NCBI GenBank assembly: GCA_951406725.2 | Contig: OX597826.1 | Location: forward strand, 15,810,001-15,874,000 | Origin: Octopus vulgaris | Lineage: Eukaryota | Length of the DNA stretch: 64,000 nt | Direction: 5' to 3' | Part shown: piece by piece, positions 23,771 through 38,125 of the stretch | Layout: each line of letters begins with the position of its first letter | How positions within the stretch are numbered: the first letter of the stretch is position 1 | Translations under genes and position numbers: made by a program | Notes under the pieces: generated by a model | The model's database searches: none | What the model was told of the DNA's origin: nothing | What the model saw: only the letters and a program-made list of their open reading frames with translations

Positions 23771-25034
23771 TATTAGCATAATATTCTGTAAATATGCTTA
23801 ATAAATGCAGATATGATGGGTGCATATTTATTTTAGAATCGAACTGAGCTAAATTTATGTCGCAGTATCTGTGAAATTTAGTGGGAGGTACAAACGCTTT
23901 TGTCGTTTACATACACAGGAAAATCTGGCAATCTCCGAGGATGATAATTTGAAATTATCAAATAAACAAAGCGGTTTAATAATTAACGGGTCTTTAAAAA
24001 TGCCATGAACAGCTGTTGGAATAAATGCACAGTTGATTCGATATAACTCAATTAAACGGTATGTGAATATACGTTAAACCATTTAATTGTCTTACATCTT
24101 TTTTACTTTCTTACCATTCATTTTCTTATTTCAGTTGTGAGGGAAGGAATCTATTGAAATGAAATATACGTAGGAATATAAAGTTAATATGCAGGCAATG
24201 TCTTTTTCAATGTAATAATTCTAAAAACATTCCCATATATAATTGTATTTAGACTTAAAAGGGATTTTGTTCACACCTATATGTATATATACATTTTAAT
24301 GTGTACTGTCAAAATCATACTATAATTGTGTTAGGAGTGTTCTAGGTTAAGTTAAACTAATGGTAAAACGATGACCAGTCAGTACTATGAGGATTATTTT
24401 CTTGTTCCTATGCTTTACTTTTCAGGTCATTGACAGAATTACTTTCTTATTTATTGATAGTTTTTGCATTTGATCTACCATATAATATATTAGTTTTCAT
24501 GCTATTGATTTGCATATAATTTATTACCTTCGTGTACAGTTGTACATGAAGGTAATAAATTAAGTGTTATTAGGTAGTGAATAGATTACATCAGCCAATA
24601 TAGTTTTAACAGATAAGGGGATATCTCCCATTGGCTCCTTTACGTTTTACTTTCTTTGAGAAATAATCAACCCTGTTATAAACGATTCGTATTTGTGTAG
24701 ACGTGTTGCTTACATTTGTTATCTATTATACATACTGAGATACATTTATGAAGCTTGCTTTCCACAGATGCTGCAGAGTAGCTTGCCATGTCGTGGGTGT
24801 TTGTATGGTCTAAATGTGCTATCGTGTGTATGTACAATTTGTTTCTACAAGAGCGTGCTCTTGTTGGTGTCTGTCTATCACACGTATGTCTATCCTGCAC
24901 TATAAATTCTGTATCAAAATTTTATGAAGTGCTTTCCTGCGGGACAATATATATTATAATTTTGAAGTATATTTTATGATGCCAATAATACTAAAGTTAT
25001 CGCTTGTGAATTTCTAAAACTTGCTTACTGCATT

Positions 25035-25320
25035 GGGGCGTAGTTTCGTGGTTAGGATGATCGGTGTGTTGCTTCCTTCAGCAAGACACTTTATTTCACA
25101 TTACCCCTGTCCTCTCAGCTCCCGAAAATGAGTTGTGCATGTAAAATTCAAAGGGCCGGCCCTATTATATTCTGTGTGACACTGAATCTCGCTGAGAACT
25201 ACGTGAAGGGTACCCGTGTATTAGGAGTACTCAGTCACATGAACATTAATTTCATGAGCGGGCTGTTCCGTTGATTGGATCTACTGGAACCTTGTCGTCG
25301 TAACCGACGGAGTACCAGTT
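25035..25320 (+). mobile_element. tRNA-derived SINE, family B (degenerate)
   Basis: A-box-like ggcgtagtttcgtggttagg; core agcaagacactttatttcac shared with 54640-54963. Confidence 0.65.
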
Positions 25321-25869
25321 ATTTCATTTAATATATTCACAAACTTATTGAAAATTATTATCAGTCACAGAATCAGTATTAATACAAAAAAAAGAGAACA
25401 CAACTGTTATATACAATTGAACGTGGATATTTTGTTAGAAAGCTGAATACTGCGATATTCAGCTTGAGAGGTCCTCTCATATAGAGGAGTGGTAGAAAAG
25501 ACCAAATGTAGGGCGTCGGAACTGCCAGGTCATGTCATTTCAACGTGCTGCATTACTCAGTTGCAGATGCTTACTCGCCACATAGCAATGAAATCTCACT
25601 GCTCTATTTTCTCATCTTATATATATATATACATATACTGTTTTTGGGTTTGGTCTGCAAGATTTGTTAATGAGTTCGTGTGTTGAAGCATATTCTGTTG
25701 TGTCTGGAGAAAGTCTTTCTTTTCTGGTGCCTTATAACTATTGAAAAGTTTGCAAGGCGCAACAAATTTTTAGAAAAATAAAAAAAAAATAATGGAGATT
25801 TTATCTGTGATGTGGAAAATTATAAGGGTCCAAAAGAGAATGACTTTCCCCAGACACAGCAATATATAT

Positions 25870-27990
25870 ACCGTATTTCTCGGCGTCGAAGGCGCTACTA
25901 TTTTCCCCAAAATAATCCTCCAACATCTACCATGCATCCTGGAGACCGAAGCTTGCGTTTTTCATAGGCATATCCTAACCCAACCCCAGAGGAAAATTAT
26001 CTATGCTAGACGGTAATCTGAACGCCTCTATATCACCGCTCAGTGAAGTGTATAAATTATATTTTGTTAGAGTTGTAAATAAACATAATTATTATAAATT
26101 CTGCTGTAAATATACTCAATCACAAAAGTTCATTCCCGAATCGGCAATGTATGTTTGACGAGGCAACTGACAGGTGATATTTTACACGTGTATCTATCAG
26201 GTTGAGTTAGAAAGAAAAAATAATCGTTTTGAATCATGAAGCATTTGTACAGAATTTTTGGAGAGTTTTGAATGTTTGTAAACGTATTTTTGCAATTGTC
26301 AGAAAACACATAGACTTGCCCAAATGCATTGATAAATTAACAATCATATTTTTTCATCTTTTTTCGACAAAAAAACCCCACACGATTTGAATGAAAATCA
26401 GAAAATATGCAGATATGAAATTTGCTCATCGCCTTGTCTCCATAACCAGACCGATCCATTTCTCGAACGTATTGTAGCTTGCGATGAAAAGTGGATTCTG
26501 CACAATAATAAAAAAAACGTTCTCCACAGTGGTCGGACCAATATGAAGTACCAAAAACCTCTACCTAAAACAGAACTCTTTAAAACGAAGATTATGGTGA
26601 CAGCTTGGTGGTGTACTGCTGGACTAATCTAGTTCTTAAACCCGGAAAAACAATTACTGCAGAAACATATTGCCATGAAATTGTCAAAATTAACGAAAAA
26701 CCGATATTTCTCCATCCAAGACTGGTCAACAGAAGAAGACCAATCGTTCTTCATGCCAATGCTCGACCACATGTTTCAGTAATGACAATCGAAAAGTTGA
26801 GGAATCTTGGCTACGAAGTTCTTCCCCGCCCAGCTTATTCCCCACACCTCTTTCCTACGAACTACCACTTTTTCAAGCACTTTGATGATTTCCTTCGAGA
26901 GAAGGAGTTCAGAAATCAAACCGATGCTGAAAGTGCGTTCAAAGAGTTCATCAGCTCCAGAAATCCAGATTTTTATGTTACCGGAATAAACAAACTTGTA
27001 AATCATTGGCATAAAATTTGTTGATTATAATGGTACTTACTTTGATGAATAACATTTTGACATTGTTGAAATATATTGTGACGAATTTCATATTTCAAAA
27101 CGTTGCTTACTTATTACTCAGACCGATATTTTGCCGGTATTGTCATGCTCTTCAAACAACCTGACTTCAAAAGAACATTATTAACTGACGAAATATGTAA
27201 AACTGCGGTATGTTAAAGCGGTTTACAAGCAAATATTAATAACAATACCATCGTAATCACTTGTTCACTTGCTGTGATGAAACGTGTAATTTTCAGGCAG
27301 CAACATAGGCAGTCTCTTTGATCAGTGAAAGACATGGTTTTAACAAGTTCAATAACAAGTTCAAACCTGGACCTCCTGAGGTTAGGACTGATCTGCAATT
27401 TCAGAAGATTTTACTTAAAAGATTTGGTACAACAATTATTATGGTAACTTCAAAGAGAAGATTTCTTACACAATTGGCTACAAGCTACAAGTGATTGAAT
27501 ATGCTAATCAGCATGGAAAGGGGGCTGTAGAGGTAATTTGGAGCACTGCCAACTGAGAGAATTGTCCGCTACTAGAAGAAACACGAGGACATGTTGAAGC
27601 CTGCATAAAGACTTAAGCGAAACCTGGATCAGACTGCAGCTAAGTGGCCAGAACTGGATCAAGAGGTGAAGGGGTGTATAGACGCGGAGAGAAATTTGGG
27701 TCTTGCAGTGTTAATAAAAATGATTATTATTTAATCAAAAGTGAGGGCAACTGCATGGGGTCTATGTAATTTTGGTGGCACATCAAGCTGGTATTACAGA
27801 TTTATAAAGCGGCACGATCCGGCAATGAGAATGAAAACAAGAATAGCACCTAAAATACCTTGACATTATGATAACATAATAATCGATATTCACGGATTGA
27901 TAATCTGTACAAGAGACAGACTACGAACTGGGTCACATCGGAAAAATGGATGACGTGTCACTAACGTTTGATTGGTACCAAACAGAGGAG
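25870..27990 (+). mobile_element. pogo-like (POGK/Tc2-type) transposon, 3'-truncated, interrupted by a mariner
   Basis: Left end ta-ccgtatttctcggcg. 27450-27975 encodes SYTIGYKLQVIEYANQHG (Brinker-type DBD), AKWPELD, FGGTSSWYYRFIKRH (CENP-B HTH) and IGKMDDVSLTFD (first catalytic D). Confidence 0.8.
26370..27126 (+). mobile_element. Mariner transposon, 5'-deleted, nested in the pogo element
   Basis: PHDLNENQK, FLERIVACDEKWILHNN, LHANARPH, PAYSPHLFPTNYHFF. Degenerate right TIR at about 27108-27126; possible left TIR at 26197. Confidence 0.88.
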
Positions 27991-30900
27991 TAGATGTTAA
28001 CTATTTTCCTATACTCGTATGTTTAATGTTTGCACACATTTTTCCATTCAAATTTAATTGTAACGTTTGTTTTGCCATGTCTGCGAAAATTTTACTAATA
28101 GCAATAACGTGAAATATTTTCAGGATCTGAAGATTAAAATATGCTTTCTGTTTTCTTTTTTTTTTTTTGTTCTATTTGGGATATCATGTTCGTGTGGTAC
28201 TTCTATATATGGTAGCAACAAGCAAAATATTTGCAGAATTTCGTAATAGAAGTTTTTTGTGTAGATTTTACTGTAAACTTTATTTTATTTTAATTTTTTT
28301 CTATTTAGGATGTCATGTTCCTGTAGTATTTTTTACAAAGTGTAACTTCAATACAATAGTATTCCATATTTCTCACAATGATTATCCTATTTTAGACTTT
28401 AGTTTTTCCTTTGTCTGGGACAAAAAAGAAATGTACTGTATACGTCTACATCCAGTACTACCAAAATCTTAAAATACTGCACCAGATGTAGCCTGGCCCA
28501 CTTGCATTAATTGAGACACTCTTAACCAAGAACTTTCCTGATGAAACACATGAAAATAAAAATCACTGCTCGGCCGAACGGTGAATTGTCGAACTGGAGT
28601 AACGTAGTGCAGAAGTAGATCCAGACATTTTCGGTTGTGGTGGGTCTGACGTCTGATTCATTGCAATTGCTCGATAAAATAACTGTGTAATATGTTCAGA
28701 GAAAATGAAATAAATAATTTTTATGCGGAACCCTTCAACGTTTTTTGTTGCTAGTACGAAAATATGATTTCTCTCATACATATTTAAAGAAAATAGTCAA
28801 CTTTGAATTGTTTCTTGGATTCTCTGAATTCATCTTTGTCGTAGTGTGCTTTTAGTATCACATTGGGTGCATAACAGTAGGCGTAAACTTTGAGAGTAAA
28901 CTTACAACACCACGTCTCTGTACTGAAGGTCCCTCAAAACAAAATAAATTCACGGATACATAACGTAAGAGATAGCGCAGATGAGAGTTAGACGAACAGC
29001 CAAAATAAATTCGGGGAACATTTTAAGTGGCGTGCTGGAGCTTACAGTGATTGTTTTTTCATTGCATCTGTGAAGGTAACAAGATACGAAGTGTTTATTT
29101 TTATGCTTATCATTTTTTCCTAAAGTTTTGGTTGTCTAATTTGGGTACGTCAGCGAGGATGAAGCGTCGTCAACGCCGTGGAAATATGGTATGTGTGTAC
29201 TAGTGTTTGTATTCTCCAACTTGTAAGCATATCTCGTAGTTCTTCATTGATATGCATATGAGTGATTATATAAATGTAGCAAAAGAGGCCCACGCAATTT
29301 AAGTTTTCAGAAGGCCAATAACCTAAACTCCTCAAGGTGTCGAAAAATATCCAGAAATGTTTTATATTTAAGTAACATTCAATTTGTAATTTAAAATAAA
29401 CTTCCTTATAGTTCCTTTGCACCTTGAATTTCAGAAAGGCTTATCAATGTCAATACTGGTGTTGTCCTAGGTTTCTGCAGCCTATAAGATTCTTTTCAAT
29501 GTTTTTTAATGGGAATTTCTAGACTAAAGTGATAGTATATCACACGACAATACAAACTGAATATTCGTTTAAAATTTACATATAAATGGTTGTAAGAAAA
29601 ACTAAGGCTGCTTTTTCTTTCTACTGAATAAAAGTACAGTACAAAACTTTCTTCCAAAGTACTATGTGCATGGCCTTTAGAAGGAACTATACAAACGCTT
29701 TCAACATTTTCAAAGAAAATAATTTCAGCAACCATAAACATCCATGATCTAAATGCTTAATTCATTGCAGGAGGGTAACTAGATTGTTTCTTTTTAATAT
29801 TATACTGCATAATAATTGCAGCACTTTGAAGTCTTCCCTTGAAACATTGGAATAAGACCACTATATTTATTGATTATTTGTGGATCATTTAAAATAAGCT
29901 AACATCAAAACAATTTCTTTCACTTTTCACTGCCTCCATTAGGCACGTGTATGCAAAATTTTCATGTTATCAAATAATAACATATATGTGTGTTCGTGTG
30001 TATGTGTTCTTTTGTGCCAATGTACATCTATACTCATATATATATATGTGTGTGCATGTGTGTGTGTGTGTGTGTGGTGTGTGAGTGTGTATATGTGCGA
30101 ATGTGGGTCTGGTTGCGTGACTGCTTTCTCATATAACCATATTGATATCTTTTATGTTGCATTTGACTTCTTCACAATTCCCACCGAATATATTTCTGAA
30201 TCTTACTTACCATTTAATTAGGTGAACTAATCTTTTGTAAGTACAGAACACATAATCTCTCCTGCATATGTACAAATGGCAATTTTGTACTACATATGAA
30301 ATAGAACGGTATTCAATCGTCACTGATTACTATACGGTAAAAACATACTGGTGAAAATCCAATACGATTTTATGAGAGATATTTCTGAGAGTAATAGATT
30401 TTTTTTCTGGTAAGTGACATTTCCAGTTTACGTAATCATTCCCTTGCTGAGATTCAGAAAGCAGGCCAGGAATCAATGGCTCTATTAGTCATCATTGTAT
30501 GTGTAGGTGTATATCCATAATTAATTATTTCTAAGAAAAAATAAATGAAAAAGATAAAAAAATATTATTTCCTAAGGAAACAAAACATTGCAACACTCCT
30601 CATAGTACAGCAATTTAAAGCTATACATATTTTGATTTGATTTCAACGCTGAGTGAAGTATTAACACAATAACGACTGTCCGCCCACATACTCTCTCTTT
30701 GAAGACATTATAAGCGGCTAATACTTCGTTCTATGATTGCATCTATTATTACGCGTTAAGCCTAATATTTGCTTGAAATTATTTTCCAGCTTTCAACGAA
30801 AATATTTTTTCGAATTTAAATAGTTAATGACTTACTACGGATTTAAAATAACTTGTTAAAAAATTCATATATACTTTTTGATGCATTAGGAGAGCTCATC

Positions 30901-31041
30901 TGGTCAAAAAATTATGGAAGTGATATTTAAGATCTCATTGATCATATTTATTCTGTCATATTGCTTAGTGGTGGAAATACAATAAATATGAAGTATATAA
31001 CAAAAGTAACAGAAAACTTCTCAAGTTCTTTTCAAATTTTC

Positions 31042-31101
<60 letters not shown>

Positions 31102-31102
<1 letters not shown>

Positions 31103-31653
31103 ATACAGTGTACGTTTAAACACATCAGAGGAATCCACTTATGGGATTCCTCACGCTAGAAAGAGTAGCTAGGTTCCAAAACCACAATATTAGGGATAAA
31201 ATCCCGAAAGGAACGAAATGAAAAAATAGAAGCTTTTATCATCTAGTTTCCTGGAACAACTGGTTTCTGATTTTAGTTTAGGAAATAAGATAATTTGCTA
31301 GGTGAAATCGTAATCAACAGGTACACCTCAGATTAAATATATACACACGAGGCAATCAATTATATGACTCTTGTTTATACATCCTAATTTCTTACAAAAC
31401 TACTGCGCATGCGCAGCTTCTCGTCGGCAATAAAAAATGCCAACTTTTAAAATTATCCCAAAACTTACAATACTTAATCATATCGAAGGGAAATAGAAAT
31501 TAATAGAAATTTTCACTTCCAGTGGCCTAGCGTGTAAAAATTTAGTCCAAAGACTATGTATTACTCATAAAATACAGTGTACATTTAAACACATAAGAGG
31601 AATCCACACATGGAATTCCTCACGCTAGAAAGAACATCTAGGTTCCCAAACCA
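31102..31653. repeat. About 83-bp direct repeat, period 469 bp
   Basis: aatacagtgtac.tttaaacacat.agaggaatccac...ttcctcacgctagaaaga...ctaggttcc at 31102 and 31571. Confidence 0.85.
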
Positions 31654-34600
31654 GCGTATGTATGTATTTGTGTGGCAAAAATACTGGAATTGATTAACTA
31701 AAAGCGAGCACTCCCACAACAGGACCATTCAGGTCTTCATATCGGTCAAAAGATCCGGGATAAACTCCAGTATCTTGAGGGAATCGGACCGTTGCAAACC
31801 CATCATATTTTCCGGACAAGCTCTCTCGGACCATTATTTCGATGTATGACTCACTTCCTGCGCTCGTGACACTTGATCAATAATGAGCAGATGGCAACTT
31901 TAATGAAGAAGTTCCTTATTTTGAAGGGCAAGAATTGGTATAAGCGATAGGTAAAAAAACTCGTAGAAAGGTGGCATTAGATGACGTAACATAACGATAT
32001 CTACTTTGAATGTTAGGCCGCTTTTGTTGTAACTTTACGAATAAATCAAATACGTCACCAAAGTATTGCAAAGCTTTTGACTCGGGACAATATTTAAAAT
32101 CTCTGTCGTCAAATTGGAGTATTGATCACTAATGTGTACAGAGTAGAGTGGCGTCGAGTAAAAGAGTTATATATTTAGTTTTCTAATGATTTACAGCTAT
32201 TTCGATCTATTTAGATGTCTATCCAACTTGATTCGCGTTTACATTTCACTTTTATTTACCCTCTCATAAACAGCGATCCTAAATCTCTTCATCCTGAAAT
32301 GAAAACTTTCAATCGATCTTCACAAGTTTGTATAAAGGCATCTGTCTGCAACACCTCAGTTCATTGTACGAGGGAGTTGGCGACAAATTTGTCTTATTCA
32401 TATCAGTGGTAAACATTTCTGAAGTGTATAAGGAGTCACTGTATATTTTATTGCCTCTGCTTTGAATTATATGTGTTACACAATTATAGGTGTTACACAC
32501 ACATGCATCGGTTTCAAAGTTTTTATATCATATGTTCCTGTTTTACTGTAATCTGTACAATTGCTCTTTAAAACATGTGTACTGAAACATATACAGTTTT
32601 AAATTATACTGCAAGTCATTTATTTGCAAAAGATAATGTACAGAAACATAAGAAAAGTATAGATAATTATATTGGGAAATAGCATTGAGACTTTCATGTT
32701 TGTATGTAAAGAAGAAGAATGGAAAGGAAACAAAATGGAAAACTCCTTTTTCCATTCATTGGGTAACGTTGAAATATGATTTGCTATTATCAATAGTTCT
32801 GATATAATATTCATCCATTAGTTCAATTAGATTTTGAAGCTATAAAACTTGTAGATGCATTCATGCAAATACCCTTTCAAATCAATCCAAATGAGTGTTT
32901 TTCTATTACAATTTAATCAAAATAGGAACATATAAAGTGCAATGTTTTGCAGTGAATTAATGTCGTATTTTTGGAATCTTCCAGTATAAATGATTGAAAA
33001 TTTCCTCTGAGAATACAATATCAATTTCCATATTTCTGAGTAAATCCTTCGCTTGAAACCGTAGCAGACTTGACATTAAAGTGACGTTTCAATATATAAC
33101 ACTTTAGAAAACAGATATGTGAGGAATATTTGTGAAATATTTGGGACGATATATTTCTAGATTCATGCAAATATTACCTTATTCTTTGCTATATTTAGTA
33201 AAATTACAAAAGGTTGCGAAGAAGGATTATCGAAAATCCATGTATCACATGTGATAGCATACATTGTTTTTATATTAACATTTATATAATTCATAACACC
33301 AAATCAGTTTAAATGAACCACGTATCTTAAATATGGTTTCGTATTTCAGCTGCGGCAAAATGATTAAATTCCGTATTTTCTTCATAGGTAACTTGCCCAA
33401 TTTCAGACAGAGCGACAGCAGGAAATACCTATTTGATTAATCTTTTGAAACTTCCCTGATACAGTATAGCATTCCCATATATATATTTCAGTTGTGAGTG
33501 TTAAGTTTCAAGAGGCTTTTGCAAAGCTATGAATTCATAGTTCATACAGGAATAGCCATGGACAAAATCACCGTTTCATATCTTGAGACTGATTCTTATA
33601 TAATTTAAAATGTATTGCATAATTGAATATATTATATAATCTTTAAAGATTTTGAGGTATAATTAAATGACAGAAATAATTGTAAGCAGAAGTAGACAAA
33701 TAATATTGGACAGTCTCCAGACAGGTCGTTTAAAATGAAGAACGCCTTCGGATGCTCTTTACATAGGTATAAATATTTATAGGTCTTGGGTATATTTCAG
33801 ACAAATTTGATTTGACCATCATTATGAAAGTAGATTCATATCATATTCAGTTCAACCGATAGATACAGAAATTGGCAGTCATAAAAATATTGAATAAAAT
33901 TTCTACTTTCTTTATATTTGTTTTGTTTAACCTCTTTTCAAATTATTTAATCACATTTAGTTAAGCTCTTCTTTGAGCTGAGTCCTTTCCTTCATTTAAA
34001 GAGTTTATAAAAGGTATTATGGATAGAACAATGTAATCAATAAACTAAGATGCAAAATATTCTGCTTGTATAGAAATCATGAAGTAAACGACCTTAAGGT
34101 TTATAGGTTTCTGTACTTTATTTTCAGATATGACATTGCGATAAGAAACTTCCCACCAGGAAATAAAATACTAGAATCTTTTTAGAAAGGCATTTTCAAA
34201 TGGAAAAGGAAATAAAATCCCAAAATCACACAATAGCATCAATAGTAAAGAGAAATTGAGAAATAGCACATCGGAAAAACGTTTTATGTGAATAGCTAAT
34301 AAAATAAGGCATATTTCTGCAATGAAATATAATGCTTACAAGGATTTGTTAAATAAATGCATTACCAAGGCGATATATAATATTGCTCAAGTTATTTCAA
34401 TGAAAAGCAAAAATCTTCAATAATAACACTTTGTGGGTAATAATACTTGATTGGATAGAAAAGATCTTATGGTACTAAACAACCTCACTCTGTCATATAT
34501 TGCTTCTGTGAAATCAAAACTTTGTGGAATTAACAAAGAAATTAGAATATAAACGCTACAAGCAAACTGGCTCTGTTGAAAGCATACATAGAAGCATAGA

Positions 34601-35811
34601 GTAGTCCTAACATAATACACCTTCCCTATGTATGACCTTTTCCAAACACCTATATACCACAAATGGCTACCTCCCCCAGCAATATTCTATTGACATATTG
34701 TATATTTATTTAACTAGACAGATGTTCTTTAAAGAAGAAATATTTCTTCAGAACTGAAGGACTTACTTTCGACAAAATAATCCTAGTTACACACAGAAAA
34801 CATATAAATGAGGCAACTAAATAATGCAATTGGATAACACAATAATACTGTTGGATATAACCATAACACAATTAGATACAACAATAATACAATTAGATAT
34901 TTACAAGCTGAAAGCTTGGTAGAATCGTAACTTCTCCAACACAGAACATTTTTAGAAGGACTAACACCACCACCGCACCCCAAGAAATTCTATTGACATT
35001 TTTCCAGAAAGTTCTAGATAGTTTACCCCTTGATATTACTAATCAGTGCATCCCCTCACCGAATTACAATGCAGATTCAGCCACCAAATCATATCCTATA
35101 TTGCACACGATAAAAGAAACTCCACCATCCAAATACCTCTCACACGTAACATTCCAACCGAAACTGATAAGCCATGGTAAACATATATACACGATAGAGC
35201 GAACAAATCGTCAAAGAATTACCAAACACGCTGGTTATTAAAGCCAGGCCACCACTCAGTTCACTAACGCTATGAATTGTAATAGAACACCACTGCCAGT
35301 AATAGTATTTACCCAGATTATCAACTCGTACTCAGTATACTTTGCTCGTAATAATATAGTACATCATAAGGTTAACCTCGTAGCGAATTGGATTCTAGTT
35401 TTGCTTTCGTGAGTAAAGTGAAAGAATTCACTGCGAGATTCATTATGGGTAGTTAACATAAAAGTGTCTGAATTTAAGAAAATTGTTTTAAGTACTTAGG
35501 ATTTTGGAGCTCGACTGAATTAGAGAACATAGTGAAACGTAGAGGCTATTGAATGGCGATTGCACTGTATAGTGATGACCGAGGTCACCTTTTATTATGC
35601 TATGATCGGATAATCGAATTAGTATGTAGACGTCTGATGAAGGCTTGTTTTTCTTTTCTACTTCATAGCATAGATAGATTTAAACTCTGTCCGTTAGCGA
35701 CAGAGGTAGCGGCGAGCAATTAGCACATGTAACAGAGTGATATTTTCATGTAATGTCAGACAGCTTTTTCACGCTGCATTTAAAATTCGGGCCATAGCCC
35801 ACGGCCCATAC

Positions 35812-36215
35812 ATACAAGGATGGGCTGAAAAGTTCATAGGCTGACTATGATGGAATGGTCCATACAATAATTTCAATTTCAACTCATCTTATTAAAAACT
35901 GCATTTTCTTACCAGGTAAACTGACAACTGACTATCCAAAGAAGTAACTACCAGGTTGAGTTACGTTTTGACCCATGAACGATGTGTAGCGGATATTTGC
36001 AGAGTTTTGGATTTTTTAAAAACATTGTTATGCAATTATTTGATAATACAGACATAGACTTGCACAAATGCCCCAATAAATTAACATTGATGTTTTTCAC
36101 CATTGTACAATCATCAGAGAAAGAAGTGTCAAAGCGCGATATCCAAAAAAATCCAATCGAGAACTATCGCATTCGGTCACCTTCTACGAAAGTATATTGG
36201 TCAGCTTATGACCAA
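35812..36215. mobile_element. Mariner-type MITE/relic
   Basis: TIR-like tacaaggatgggctgaaaagttcataggctgac with a partial inverse tcagcttatga near 36201. 35952-36100 resembles 26198-26355. Confidence 0.45.
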
Positions 36216-36635
36216 TATAGCGTTTCTATAAATTACTATCTCGCTGATAGCTTGAAATATTTGCTGTGAACATGCCATCAGAACACAGAACGTCTTTTGT
36301 TACTGAACGAGGAAGACAAGCCAAGCCTACGTATTACAACATGGTCCTCTATTAGAATGCTTTCAATTACGATTCACACAATATCACGATAATTTCAGAA
36401 TTCCTTATCTTTCAACACACTCGCAAGTTTCTTCAAAGTTTTTACCTTCTGTTGCACTATACCTCTTCCATAAAATTTTCTGTACGCATTGTTTGATATT
36501 GCTCTATTGTACGGCACCAAATGCTTTATTTTACTATGTAGTCTCCTCCGCATACAAACAATCAAATATTCTATTTTGTACGAAAAGTCATGCACAATTC
36601 TTCAGGTTGTGGTATATATATATTCTACATGCGAT

Positions 36636-37048
36636 GAGCTGGCAGAATCGTTTGCACGCCGGGCGAAATATTTAGTAGCATTACGTCTGCGGTTACGTTT
36701 TGAGTTCAAATTCCGCCGAGGTCAAATTTGCCTTTCATCCTTTCGGGGTCGATTAAATAAGTACCAGTTACGCACTGAGGTCGCTATAATCGACTTAATC
36801 CGTTTGTCTGTCCTTGTTTGTCCTCTCTGTGTTTAGCCCCTTGTGGGTAGTAAAGAAATAGGTATTTCGTCTGCCGCTACATTCTGAGTTTAAATTCCGC
36901 CGAGGTCGACTTTGCCATTCATCCTTTCGGGTTCGATCAAATAAGTACCAGTTTCGCACTGGAGTCGATATAATCGACTTAATCCGTTCGTCTGTCCTTG
37001 TTTGTCCACTCAGTGTTTAGCCCCTTGTGGGTTGTAAAGAAATAGGTA
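36636..37048 (+). mobile_element. Nin/Deu-domain tRNA-SINE with a tandemly duplicated 3' part
   Basis: gcctttcatcctttcggggtcgattaaataagtacc (Nin/Deu-like core) occurs twice, about 185 bp apart. Confidence 0.82.
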
Positions 37049-37582
37049 TATATTCTACATTTTTCTTAAACTTTCGGACTAAAGTTTGTACACACTGGGT
37101 CCATAAAATGCTATTGTTTTAATAGGTTTAATTATTTTGAACTCTGATCATATTTATACAGCTTCGAATTGATAGAGGATATAAAAACACTTGCTTGAGG
37201 ACTTCCCATATGTTTGCAGGACCATCGGAAGTCGTTTAACTTCAAAAGTATTTTGCATATAAGTGAACATCTCATATTTGCGGGTTCAAGAAATTTTAGT
37301 CCAAATGAATCAGTAATGAAGTGAGAACTGAGTGTAACTATCTGTGTATGCATAAAAAGTTATTCAAATTTCGATTTCGACGTTTGTGAAGTTATTCTGC
37401 TTTAATCAGGTACGCTGATCATACATGTAAAGATATGAATATAGCAAACTGCATTTGTTTTCGTTTGCATATTCAAATTTATGAGCACCCAAGCATTAAT
37501 ATATACGTTCATATCGTATGACAGCATAAGAGGTGATGCATTTTAGAAACTATCATATGACATGCACCAGTAAAATATACGC

Positions 37583-37584
<2 letters not shown>

Positions 37585-37630
<46 letters not shown>

Positions 37631-37654
37631 ACACATACACATATACATTCACAC

Positions 37655-37708
<54 letters not shown>

Positions 37709-38125
37709 CAGAGCAAGCACATAAATGTAAAACAAGATGCGAAAAATAGTTCCGAAATATGCTTTATTATTAAAGCTGCAAAAACATCACAGAAAAACTG
37801 CCACGCAGTTTCACGTTCCTGTTCGTCGGACAGTTGTGATCCAGTAGCAGATTTTGTGATGCTTATACTCACAGACACACGCACACGTGCGCGTGCGCGC
37901 AAACACACGCATATATATATGAGTGTGTGCCTGTGTGTATGTATGTATGCACGCATGTATGTATGTATTTATGTGTATGTATTTATGTATTTATATGCAT
38001 GCATGTATATGTATGTATATGTACGTATTTAAATATATGAGTATATACTGAGAGAGATATAACCACATTTATACATATATATATACGTGTGTGTGTGCGT
38101 GTGTGTGTGTATTTGCATGTGTGCA
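37585..38125. repeat. (TA)n/(TG)n microsatellite cluster
   Basis: Seen directly in the sequence. Confidence 0.9.

Noticed and set aside
31115-31160. Minus-strand hairpin followed by CTGATG as a type III hammerhead
   Set aside because: Core reads CTGATGT, no GAAA follows, and the second repeat lacks CTGA.
36300-36595. Minus-strand ORF with GIVQQKVKTLKK, integrase-like
   Set aside because: A single weak motif with no supporting catalytic residues.
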